This document shows positions 10,646 to 19,766 of a stretch of DNA of 64,000 nucleotides, one piece after another. The first letter of the stretch is position 1; every line of letters starts with the position of its first letter. A program made the translations under genes and the position numbers. The stretch is taken from assembly GCA_046314355.1 (NCBI GenBank), contig JBKBWQ010000001.1:800001-864000 (forward strand), given 5' to 3'. Under the pieces are notes generated by a model, which was not told where the DNA came from, searched no databases, and saw only the letters and a list, made by a program, of their open reading frames with translations. This DNA comes from Candidatus Altimarinota bacterium. GTDB taxonomy: Bacteria > Patescibacteriota > Gracilibacteria > 1-14-2-50-48-13.

Positions 10646-11166
10646 ATACCAGCAGCAGGTCCAAAGGCAGCTGCATTTCTTACCTTCGTAATAGCCTCAA
10701 GGTAATAAGCAGGATTTGTAATACCTGAGATATTTACACGCTGCTGATTGGCACTATCGAAAAGCTTTACAGTACCGTAATTCATAAGACGGGCAAAAAG
10801 TCCCTGACTCAGAGTAATATGATCAACAGTTGCAAGTGAGTAATTGGCCTGTCTCTTTTTAAAAAGTCCCTCATGAACAGTGATCTCTTTAAGGTTGATG
10901 ACATAATACTTATTCATCCACTTAAAAAGAATGTATACGAGTATCATAGCATTGACGATCTGTATAAAAAATATATAGATCAGATAAAAAGAAATACCCT
11001 CTGCTACATTTTGAGTGAGAAGCCCCGTCAGGTTCAAGATAAATCGAAAAAATACGTGAATAAGTCCCATAACCACTTCGAGAAAAAATATTCTCGTCAT
11101 AAGAAAAAATTTGCTCTCCCGGAGCATGATAATTCCCTCTGGTTGCTGTGGAAATACGTCTGCCAT
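10642..11166 (-). CDS. Membrane protein with bacterial PH domain (bPH_2-like)
   Basis: Two TM helices, then Y.I...I.V.EGLF and QGLFARLMNYGTV. Confidence 0.8.
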   Translation of the reverse strand: MADVFPQQPEGIIMLRESKFFLMTRIFFLEVVMGLIHVFFRFILNLTGLLTQNVAEGISFYLIYIFFIQIVNAMILVYILFKWMNKYYVINLKEITVHEGLFKKRQANYSLATVDHITLSQGLFARLMNYGTVKLFDSANQQRVNISGITNPAYYLEAITKVRNAAAFGPAAGI

Positions 11167-11322
11167 GGAGAGAATGATAAGAAATAGTATATTCTATTCT
11201 ACAAGATTTCTTATGAAAGAAAAGCGGAAAATATGGCTTGAAAATCACAAGACAGAAGGGTACTCTTTTGCAGTCAGGACTGATTCCGAATACTAAGATT
11301 CCATCAAACATTCATATTTTCA

Positions 11323-11868
11323 ATGCTCAATACACTTATACTTATAGCTATCTCAGCAGTCATTGTGCTGATTATTGTCTTTTTCTATCAGCTGCTGGCA
11401 AGGATGCGCGGCGCTCCTGTGGTGATCGCCCATGATGAGACAATGAAAAAAGCACTGACACTACTTGCACTGAAAGCCGGAGATACACTCTATGATTTGG
11501 GGAGCGGCAATGGAAAAGTACTGTTTTATGCAGAAAAAACATATAGCGTAAAGACAATTGGGATCGAGGCAGCATTTCTGCTAGTACTTTACACAAAAGT
11601 AGTAGGATTTTTCAAAAAAAGTAAGACACACTTTATCCACGGAGACTTCACTAAAATGACGCTTCCAGTGAAACCTGATGCGATCTATTTGTTTTTGATG
11701 AAACCGATCCTTTTGAAGATGGACCATGTATTTGACGCACTTCCCTCCGGCACAAAAATCGTCTCACCTGTATTTGAGATAAAGCATCCAAGAATAGTAG
11801 AAAAAGAAAAAGTCAAAGATGATCTCTTTAGTAAAGGACAGTTTATATACCTTTATGAAGTAAAATAA
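11323..11868 (+). CDS. Membrane-anchored class I SAM-dependent methyltransferase
   Basis: N-terminal TM; YDLGSGNGK motif I; GDF. Confidence 0.85.
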   Translation: MLNTLILIAISAVIVLIIVFFYQLLARMRGAPVVIAHDETMKKALTLLALKAGDTLYDLGSGNGKVLFYAEKTYSVKTIGIEAAFLLVLYTKVVGFFKKSKTHFIHGDFTKMTLPVKPDAIYLFLMKPILLKMDHVFDALPSGTKIVSPVFEIKHPRIVEKEKVKDDLFSKGQFIYLYEVK

Positions 11869-11913
11869 AAAAGACCATCCACTCTCGTGAGATGATCTTT
11901 CATTTTTTTATCT

Positions 11914-12510
11914 TTATACTAATACTTCATTCTTTTTTGCAGTAGGTAATTTGTCTCTCCATAAAGCAAAAAACATAAAAGAAGTGATAATAACAAACAC
12001 TGCGGGCTGTAATGCAGCTTCCCATGTAAATGTATCAACAGATGCCCATAGGAATAGACACGAGAACCAGTTAATTAACCATGCAATTGGATCTTCTTCA
12101 GGAGTATGCAAATTGTGAACACCCATAGGATAGAAGGCAACAAGCATAGCAAACTGACTCGAAATAATCCCAAATAGCGGATCAGTTGAAAATCCCCATA
12201 AGAGAATTCCGAGAATCGCCATTACAAAGCAAATCTTGTCTTCTGTACTCCATCCTTTTTGTCCGTACTTATAGGCAATGAAAGCAATAGCAAAGCTTGT
12301 CATTACTGCCGCTAGATTGACTAAATTCCAGCTTTTAGCAATAAACATACTGACAAACCCTAATACATCTAATCCAGCCCAGATAATCCAGGTTACCTTA
12401 TACGTTTCCTTTCCATTCAGGAGACTTTTTATGTAAAGAACTCCTGAGATGATGAAGAGTACACTCGCTATAATCTCTAAGATTCCTTTTCCCACGTTAT
12501 TTCCTTTCAC
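11914..12510 (-). CDS. Hypothetical multi-pass membrane protein
   Basis: About 7 hydrophobic segments with duplicated TWIIW/AWLINW motifs. Confidence 0.75.
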   Translation of the reverse strand: MKGNNVGKGILEIIASVLFIISGVLYIKSLLNGKETYKVTWIIWAGLDVLGFVSMFIAKSWNLVNLAAVMTSFAIAFIAYKYGQKGWSTEDKICFVMAILGILLWGFSTDPLFGIISSQFAMLVAFYPMGVHNLHTPEEDPIAWLINWFSCLFLWASVDTFTWEAALQPAVFVIITSFMFFALWRDKLPTAKKNEVLV

Positions 12511-12678
12511 CTCTTTCGAGGATTTTTTGTTTTAATATTTATACGTACAAAATAACACTAATTTTATTTTTATCAATTAATTCAGTCAGTTTATCCATAG
12601 TTCTGGGTACTAATTGATTTCTTCAGACTTGCCTTTCATCCAAAAATCCACATAGTAGAGGTACTTAACTGACGTTTT

Positions 12679-13653
12679 ATGAAATCTATAAAAGAACAAC
12701 TTTTTCGAACAGTCGTAGAAATCCCTGAGTCTACAGTAAAGATTGATCATACACTTCCTACACTCATGATTGGTTCCTGCTTCACTGAAAATATGGGAGC
12801 TTTTATGCAGCATTCCAAATTTCCCATCATCATTAATCCTACCGGCATAGTCTACAATCCCCTCTCTGCACTGAGAGTATTGGAAGTGCTTATGAGTAAG
12901 AAAATATACACTGCCTCCGATCTATTTTTTTCAAACGGTCTCTGGGCTTCCTATGATCATCATGGAAGTTTTTCTTCCAGTTCTCAGGAAGAGTGTCTCA
13001 CCAAGATTAATACTGCTCTCTCAAATGCAAGAGCACATCTTGAAAAAACAAAGATACTTTTTATTACCTTTGGAACCTCATGGATCTATAGATTGAAAGT
13101 AACAGGAAAAGTTGTCTCAAACTGCCACAAACAGCCTGATACTTTATTTGAGAGATCTCTACTTAAAGTAGATGAAATAACAGATGCATATAAAATTGTC
13201 CTGGAAAAACTCCATACGCTCTACCCTGACCTTCATGTTGTCTTTACTGTAAGCCCCATAAGGCATTGGAAAGAGGGAGCTCACAATAATCAGATCAGCA
13301 AGTCTCTCCTGCATATTTCCATTGAAAAGTTGACTTCAAATTTTTCATATACAGGATATTTCCCAAGCTACGAAATAGTTATGGATGAGCTTCGTGATTA
13401 CCGGTTTTATACTGAAGACATGCTGCATATCTCAGATGCTGCTACCAGATACATATGGGAACGGTTTCAAGAAACTTTTATGTCCCCTGAGACCCGTACT
13501 CTTTCAAAAGAAATTGAAGATATACAAAAATCACTCTTGCATCGTCCTTTCAATTCTGATACAACACAACATAATCAATTCAGAGACAAGTTATCCCAGC
13601 GCATTCAAAACCTGGTACATACATATCCTTTTTTGATTTTCGAAGGAATTTAG
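12679..13653 (+). CDS. GSCFA domain protein
   Basis: IGSCF, NP.GIVYNP, ITFGTSW, NCHK, FTVSPIRH, YFPSYEIVMDELRDYRFY..DMLH. Confidence 0.9.
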   Translation: MKSIKEQLFRTVVEIPESTVKIDHTLPTLMIGSCFTENMGAFMQHSKFPIIINPTGIVYNPLSALRVLEVLMSKKIYTASDLFFSNGLWASYDHHGSFSSSSQEECLTKINTALSNARAHLEKTKILFITFGTSWIYRLKVTGKVVSNCHKQPDTLFERSLLKVDEITDAYKIVLEKLHTLYPDLHVVFTVSPIRHWKEGAHNNQISKSLLHISIEKLTSNFSYTGYFPSYEIVMDELRDYRFYTEDMLHISDAATRYIWERFQETFMSPETRTLSKEIEDIQKSLLHRPFNSDTTQHNQFRDKLSQRIQNLVHTYPFLIFEGI

Positions 13654-13669
13654 AGGATTACAGTTCAAG

Positions 13670-14653
13670 ATGAATCTTTATGTTAAGGAAATTCTTCATA
13701 CCCTGGTAGACAGTCGAAATACTAGTGAAGAAGTGGATATTGCAATAGGGTACGGCTCTGCCGTAATGGAACATGGTGATCAGCGAAAATCCCCAGGTCT
13801 GGATATAATATTAGTTGTAAAAGACGTCATTCGTTTTCATCAAGTAAATATGAGAAAGTACCCAGAGGACTATTCTCTTTTGATGCATCTAGGAGGAGCA
13901 GAAATGTTTACTAGGATTCAAGATACAGGAGGCGCGATTTCATATAATTTAATGACTACACCTAAGAATCATAGACAGGAATACGGAGCTTCTCAACGAA
14001 TAATCAAGTACGGAGTAATCAGTACTGAAGCCTTTATCAAAGATCTCAGAGAATGGCTGAGACTCTATGTCGCCGGAAGAATGCATAAACCCTTTTATAT
14101 CATTAAGCAGGGTTCTGCGGAAATTCAGGAAGTAATAGAAGAAAACCTTAGCTTTGCAGTAAGAGTTGCACTACTTTTATTAGCAAAGGATGAAGTGACA
14201 CATGAAGAACTTTTTAAAGCGATCACTTCCCTCTCCTACATGGGAGATCCGCGTCCTGAACATCCTGATAAGGTCCGAAATATTGTCTCTGCAAATAGAG
14301 AGCAGTTTCATTCTCTCTATAAAAATGTGCTCACAAATAATGAATTTTTTCAGAATGATCAAGATGCAAAACTGATCTTGCCTCCTCATGCCCGTGACTA
14401 TATGAAGCTGCATCTACCAAAGCAAGTAGCAGCAATGCTTCCTGAATTCTATATGACATTTGATGATAATGTCTTTCAAAAAGTCATGACTGACGCTATT
14501 CAAAGAATCGTTTCACAGCCGGCACTTATACAGATTTTTAAAGGTGTTTTGACAGGCAAGCCTTCAGAGACTATTCCCTATGGAATCAGCAAAGGACTGA
14601 AATCACCAAAAATTAGAAAAATACTTACGCCATTTGGGTATAGAGAAAAATAG
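13670..14653 (+). CDS. Tam41/Mmp37-type phosphatidate cytidylyltransferase (CDP-DAG synthase) homologue
   Basis: YGS...DIILVV, H..N....DYS, IKYGVIS, DL.EW..LYVAGRMHKP, LSYMGDPR..HPDKVRNIV, Q..KG.LT: Tam41 family signature blocks in order. Confidence 0.85.
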   Translation: MNLYVKEILHTLVDSRNTSEEVDIAIGYGSAVMEHGDQRKSPGLDIILVVKDVIRFHQVNMRKYPEDYSLLMHLGGAEMFTRIQDTGGAISYNLMTTPKNHRQEYGASQRIIKYGVISTEAFIKDLREWLRLYVAGRMHKPFYIIKQGSAEIQEVIEENLSFAVRVALLLLAKDEVTHEELFKAITSLSYMGDPRPEHPDKVRNIVSANREQFHSLYKNVLTNNEFFQNDQDAKLILPPHARDYMKLHLPKQVAAMLPEFYMTFDDNVFQKVMTDAIQRIVSQPALIQIFKGVLTGKPSETIPYGISKGLKSPKIRKILTPFGYREK

Positions 14654-14759
14654 AATGCTTAAAGTAAATCATAGACATTTACCCTGTCTGCGTGCTATAA
14701 TTCATCGATAAGGCTGTCTTCGCCAGATCCATTCTTTACATTCTCTGATTCTCCTTCCT

Positions 14760-16022
14760 ATGCGTATGAATGAAAAGCAGGTGCTCTCACATTTATCTGA
14801 AAGCGCTCTTTCTGCCCATAAACGTGCAGCTGTATTCAAAAAGCTCTCCTATAAGGAGCAGGCACATATGCTCAATCTTCTTGATAGTAAGACGAAGAAG
14901 AAACTTCTTGATACCTTGAAAAATAAAGAAATTGTACCACCACTCGAACATCTGGATCCTGATGAGGCAACAAATGCACTAAAAATGCTCCCGCCAAAAC
15001 GACAGAAAAAGATCATAGAAGAACTCTCTAAACAGCTCAAAGAAGGTATACAGGTGCTCTCTCAGTTTGATCCTGAAACAGCAGCAGGACTGATGAATCT
15101 AGATTACATCCAGATTGAGCAGGATGATGTACTCTCCAGCGTTATCAAGAAGTTTAAGGAGCACGAAGCTCGAAGAGGCAGACCACCTACTATTATAGTT
15201 ATAAAAAAGAATGAAATTACGGGGTATCTTCCCGGTTATTCATTAGGAATTGGAAAACACACGGATAAAGTAAAGAAATTTACTAAAAATATCCCGACTA
15301 TTCAGTTTGACGCGGATCATGATGAAGTCCTCCAGACCTTTAAAGATAATCCCCATAATCAGGTCGTGGTACTTGGAGATATTGGAAATGTACTTGGTAT
15401 CATTTATTCGGACGATATCTTAAGAGTGATGGAAGAACAGAAGTCTGCATCTCTATACGATTTTGCCGGTGTCCATGATGAAGAAGGTGTATCAGATGGT
15501 ATGATGATCAAAGTACACTCTCGATATAAATGGCTTATTATCAATCTAGGTACTGCTTTTCTCGCTGCTTTTACAGTAGGACTCTTTGAACCCATCATTA
15601 CAAAATATGTACTGCTCGCAGTATATATGCCAATCGTAGCTGGAATGGGAGGAAACGCCGCTACTCAGACCCTTGCGGTAGTGGTAAGAGGTATCGCTCT
15701 CAAGCAGATAGATCTTAAAAGCGCATGGCATACTCTCAAAAATGAGATTGGAGCTAGTGTCATCAATGGACTTATCAATGGTATCATTGTTGCCGCTATT
15801 GTACTTATTTTTAACAGAGATTGGAAAATCGCGATCATATTAGGATTTGCAATGATCTTCAATCTATTAGTTGCAGCATTATTCGGAACGATAGTACCGC
15901 TGATCATGCAGAAACTTGGAAAAGACCCTGCTACTTCAGCAACAATTTTTATTACAACAGCCACAGATGTACTTGGATTTATGGCTTTCCTAGGACTTGC
16001 GACACTGATTTTAGGAATGTAG
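14760..16022 (+). CDS. mgtE: Magnesium transporter MgtE
   Basis: N-domain, ETAAGLM, CBS pair, GMGGNAATQT, DPATSATIFITTATD. Confidence 0.93.
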   Translation: MRMNEKQVLSHLSESALSAHKRAAVFKKLSYKEQAHMLNLLDSKTKKKLLDTLKNKEIVPPLEHLDPDEATNALKMLPPKRQKKIIEELSKQLKEGIQVLSQFDPETAAGLMNLDYIQIEQDDVLSSVIKKFKEHEARRGRPPTIIVIKKNEITGYLPGYSLGIGKHTDKVKKFTKNIPTIQFDADHDEVLQTFKDNPHNQVVVLGDIGNVLGIIYSDDILRVMEEQKSASLYDFAGVHDEEGVSDGMMIKVHSRYKWLIINLGTAFLAAFTVGLFEPIITKYVLLAVYMPIVAGMGGNAATQTLAVVVRGIALKQIDLKSAWHTLKNEIGASVINGLINGIIVAAIVLIFNRDWKIAIILGFAMIFNLLVAALFGTIVPLIMQKLGKDPATSATIFITTATDVLGFMAFLGLATLILGM

Positions 16023-16140
16023 AATACAGTTTAAGAAAATACCTGGGCAGAAATATTTCTACCCAGGTATATCATTAAGCTAATTTTTTATTTGAATTAA
16101 TCTCATGCTTTATTGCTCCGTCGAGCAGTAAAGCAGTTTT

Positions 16141-16182
16141 TTATACTACTTTTTCCAGAAACTCTTCCAAATCTTCCTTCAT
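16141..16182 (-). CDS. Possible 13-aa microprotein MKEDLEEFLEKVV
   Basis: Strong SD (GGGAGG) 7 nt before ATG; stop followed by a hairpin. Confidence 0.35.
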   Translation of the reverse strand: MKEDLEEFLEKVV

Positions 16183-16337
16183 AGAGACACCTCCCTTTTC
16201 TATTAATAACATTATTTATAGTACTAATGAACTCTTAAAAATCATTAAGATAAAACATTCTATTAGTTCACCACATTTACATTACGGTAACAAGGTGCTA
16301 TATTCTTCCTAGTTTACTACATAGCTTCCCGTTTCTT

Positions 16338-16769
16338 ATGAAAGAAAATACCCATATCGGAGTGTACGGCGTCGTAGAACAGGATGGAAAAGTACTGATG
16401 ATTAAGAAAACAAGAGGAGCCTATAAAGGTCAGTATGATCTCCCGGGAGGTGGTATCAAATTTCGTGAAAGTATTGAAGATGCGCTTAGAAGAGAGTTTA
16501 TGGAAGAAGTAGGTGTAGAAATAGAAACCATCAAAGCTTTGGAAAATTCTTGTAAAACCTCCATTTGGAATAATAATGCAGATGACGTGGAGACACATCA
16601 TATCGGCATGTATTACCGAGTCACCATAAAGCCAGGTCAGGCAGTAAAAACTGAACCAGACGGTCATGACTCTGCCGGATGTGAATGGATCGAGAAAGAT
16701 CAACTTACTGATACACCCGTCGCAAGTATCTTAATACCTATTCTCGCACTTATACAGTGCACTAAGTAG
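16338..16769 (+). CDS. NUDIX hydrolase
   Basis: LPGGGIKFRESIEDALRREFMEEVG Nudix box. Confidence 0.92.
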   Translation: MKENTHIGVYGVVEQDGKVLMIKKTRGAYKGQYDLPGGGIKFRESIEDALRREFMEEVGVEIETIKALENSCKTSIWNNNADDVETHHIGMYYRVTIKPGQAVKTEPDGHDSAGCEWIEKDQLTDTPVASILIPILALIQCTK

Positions 16770-16862
16770 TGAATTGGCTGCATTATTTTTAATACTCTTT
16801 CTTTTTTACTATTTATTCACTACTTTGATACAAAATGACTCAAATATTTTTTAGGTACACTT

Positions 16863-17681
16863 ATGGACCAGCTTAAAGAGCCGGAAGGATTTAAGAGCCA
16901 GAGTACAGAGGGTACCTATCTCCCTTCATTCAAGGGACTAAGCATCGAGCATGATGTAAATAATATGCTTACTCCTGTTCTTGGTATTCTTGATACTATT
17001 TTTTTTAAATATCATGGTGAGGCTTATGCTGTACTGGACTGCGAGTATAAAAAAATAAAAGAAGATGCGAATCACACCTTTGATGCAGTGCTACTTATAA
17101 AAGATAAGATTATTCCAAAGCTCCGGACAATACTTTCTCAAAGTAAGGAAAAATCTGACTATTTAAGTAAACTAGAAAATATAAATAAGACCATCCAGGC
17201 ACTGATCGCATACCATGAAAGTCCTGCAAGGGTCTCTCTAAAAACAATCCTTGAGGACGTGAAGGATTGTTTCTTGATCTATCTTGGAGAATCAAAAATC
17301 AATCTTTCCATGGAGATATGCCAGAATATTCATATATTCATACCTCCAGAACATTTTAAATCAACTCTCTATAATATTTTGAAAAATGCTGCAGAAGCTA
17401 TCAGTGTTCTGCCCAAAGAAGATGGTATGATTAGAGTTCACGTGACAATATTGCCTGAACAAGCTCAAGTGAGTATTACTATAAGAGATAATGGGATTGG
17501 TATGACACCATCTCAACTTGATGCATATGGGGAAAGACAGTTTTCAACAAAATCTGACCAGAGAGGTATCGGTGCCCTTAGTACAAAATTCTTTATGACT
17601 GCTCAGAATGCTGATTTTAAAATAATCAGCAAACCTGGCTGCGGCACGCAGGTAACTATTAAGCTTCCCATGATCTCCTAA
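16863..17681 (+). CDS. Soluble histidine kinase-like protein (H-box plus HATPase_c)
   Basis: EHDVNNML H-box; NILKNAAEA, IRDNGIGM, FSTK, GIG and GT.V.IKLP boxes; no TM or sensor domain. Confidence 0.8.
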   Translation: MDQLKEPEGFKSQSTEGTYLPSFKGLSIEHDVNNMLTPVLGILDTIFFKYHGEAYAVLDCEYKKIKEDANHTFDAVLLIKDKIIPKLRTILSQSKEKSDYLSKLENINKTIQALIAYHESPARVSLKTILEDVKDCFLIYLGESKINLSMEICQNIHIFIPPEHFKSTLYNILKNAAEAISVLPKEDGMIRVHVTILPEQAQVSITIRDNGIGMTPSQLDAYGERQFSTKSDQRGIGALSTKFFMTAQNADFKIISKPGCGTQVTIKLPMIS

Positions 17682-17687
17682 GATACG

Positions 17688-17924
17688 CTATCCTGCATTC
17701 TTCATATGTCTCCTAATCTGACCGAAATGATACTGCATGAGAAAGAGAGTTATTTCATCAGTACTCATGATCTTTTCTGACCTTCCTCTTCCCATCCCTT
17801 TATTCCACATAAGGACGTCTGGCACGTGATACTCCAACCCCCATTGATGACGGACATCAGGGTGTATATATACCATTCCGCTCTCCAGGAGAGTAATAAT
17901 TGTTCGAGCTTCTTTAGTAGTCAT
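17688..17924 (-). CDS. Hypothetical protein
   Basis: 78 aa ORF starting 2 nt after the upstream gene's stop. Confidence 0.5.
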   Translation of the reverse strand: MTTKEARTIITLLESGMVYIHPDVRHQWGLEYHVPDVLMWNKGMGRGRSEKIMSTDEITLFLMQYHFGQIRRHMKNAG

Positions 17925-17926
17925 AT

Positions 17927-19645
17927 TTATCTCAGATCATAGATAAAAATACTATTTCCAATGGTAGTATGCGGTAGCTGATCAAGATAAGAATAATCCT
18001 CTGCAGTCAGCCCTCTCTGCTTTACCCATTTACTTTGCTCAATCCATACGGGAAATATAGCAAAGATGCCCTGAGGACGTCCCCAGTCTCCATGCCAAGC
18101 TTTGAGAATGCCTTTTTTATCATAAAAGTTCAGAGGGGTTTTTCCCCAATAATCTACGTAAATAGCATCTATGCCCTGCTGCTCTGCCCATACAGAAAGG
18201 CGTTTGAGATTCTGTCCCCAGTCCACATTTGAATCAGAGAGATGTTTATATCCATTCAAAGAACCTCCAGAGAAATCATTGAAATAGGAGAGATAAAATG
18301 GATATGTACTATAAATAGTTACGCACTGAGTCAGAATCAATATACCAATCAGTATATATTTATGAGCATACTCCCATCTGCTTATTATCCAGACTCCGAT
18401 AACAGGAGTAAGTGCGAGCACAGGAGCAATATGACGGATACCAATATTCAGTGTCGACAATAGCGAAAGTAGGAGATACAGACCAGAAAATCCTAGCATC
18501 AAAAGAAGTGCGGTTTCAATTTTTTTCTTTTTCCAGAGCGAGAGACCTAGTATAGCTGCCCCAAGCAAAGTAAGAATCAAAATTGCAGGACTTTCCTTAT
18601 AGAGCCATGCCTTCGGGAAATAGTACCACCACCCCTTTCCCATTGTGCCATACTCTCCATCAAGAAACTGAGTGCCAGTTACCTCACTTCTTTGGATAGA
18701 GCGGTTACCCGCATAATCAAGTCCTGAAAGATAAGAAGGAATTGCCTTAGTAAATGTATAGTCAGAAAAGATAAGCTCCAGCTGTTTGATAGGAGCGGGC
18801 ATCAGAGAAGTATTTACAAAGGATCTCAGCTGAGATATAGGTGTATTAATATTAAAGAATGTATAGACTATATATACACAAAAGGCAGCCACAGAAGCAG
18901 TATTTAGAGTATTTTTAAAGATATTTTTACTTTTTTCTTTATCATACTTATACGTAATAAAAGAAAAGATGAGCAGTATTACAAAAATATAGAGTGTGAG
19001 TAGCACTCCTGAAAATTTTGTAAGCAGTACTCCCCCGAGTCCTAGCCCAAGATACAATGCATTTTTATGAGTAGGATCACGCATAAAAACTGCGGTAAGC
19101 AGAAGACTGATCACAGAGAATAATGCAATCCCCACATCCGTGGTGACATACCTGCTATGAGCAAAAATATTTGGTTCAAAGGCAAGAAAAAATAATGCAA
19201 TGAGAGACCAAGTAGGCGTAAGAAACTTTTTAAATAATACTCCGCAGACAAAAAGAAGCAGTCCATGAAATATGAGCACAGCAAACCTCGTCCAGAATAA
19301 AATATCATCTATATTATTCCCGCTTTCAAAAAGTATTTTATTTCCCTCCTGCCACTGATTCGGCATTCTGAGACCTGGTAGTTTGTAATCGATATCTTGA
19401 AAAAGAAGCGGGATAGCAGAGATCACTTTCACAAGCGGAGGATGCTCTATATTGAGATTATAATTCAGATTCGTAAGCGTGGAGTATCCTGAGACAATAT
19501 GTGCCACTTCATCAATAGTGACACTGTCATCTTTGACACTTGTGATACCTATTATGATAAATAAGGCACAAATAACCGATACTATGATGATAAAATACTC
19601 CTTTACGATACTTCTGATGAATTCAGTTTTCAAAGTAGGTAACAC
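17927..19645 (-). CDS. ArnT/PMT-like (GT-C) membrane glycosyltransferase
   Basis: TIDEVAH, EHPPLVK, AHSRYVTTD, TKFSG, DSNVDWGQ; about 12 TM. Confidence 0.88.
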   Translation of the reverse strand: MLPTLKTEFIRSIVKEYFIIIVSVICALFIIIGITSVKDDSVTIDEVAHIVSGYSTLTNLNYNLNIEHPPLVKVISAIPLLFQDIDYKLPGLRMPNQWQEGNKILFESGNNIDDILFWTRFAVLIFHGLLLFVCGVLFKKFLTPTWSLIALFFLAFEPNIFAHSRYVTTDVGIALFSVISLLLTAVFMRDPTHKNALYLGLGLGGVLLTKFSGVLLTLYIFVILLIFSFITYKYDKEKSKNIFKNTLNTASVAAFCVYIVYTFFNINTPISQLRSFVNTSLMPAPIKQLELIFSDYTFTKAIPSYLSGLDYAGNRSIQRSEVTGTQFLDGEYGTMGKGWWYYFPKAWLYKESPAILILTLLGAAILGLSLWKKKKIETALLLMLGFSGLYLLLSLLSTLNIGIRHIAPVLALTPVIGVWIISRWEYAHKYILIGILILTQCVTIYSTYPFYLSYFNDFSGGSLNGYKHLSDSNVDWGQNLKRLSVWAEQQGIDAIYVDYWGKTPLNFYDKKGILKAWHGDWGRPQGIFAIFPVWIEQSKWVKQRGLTAEDYSYLDQLPHTTIGNSIFIYDLR

Positions 19646-19766
19646 AGTCTTTCAAAAAGAGAAATAAGTGCACCGAGTATAGCACGCTCAAGGAAAAATT
19701 ATACTGAAAATTAAGATATAAGCATTATATCTATTTTATACATTCAATGCTGTTGGATCAGTTAAC

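Noticed and set aside
14654-14759. M-box (Mg2+) riboswitch upstream of mgtE
   Set aside because: The intergenic region is only about 105 nt, includes the promoter, and shows no M-box consensus.
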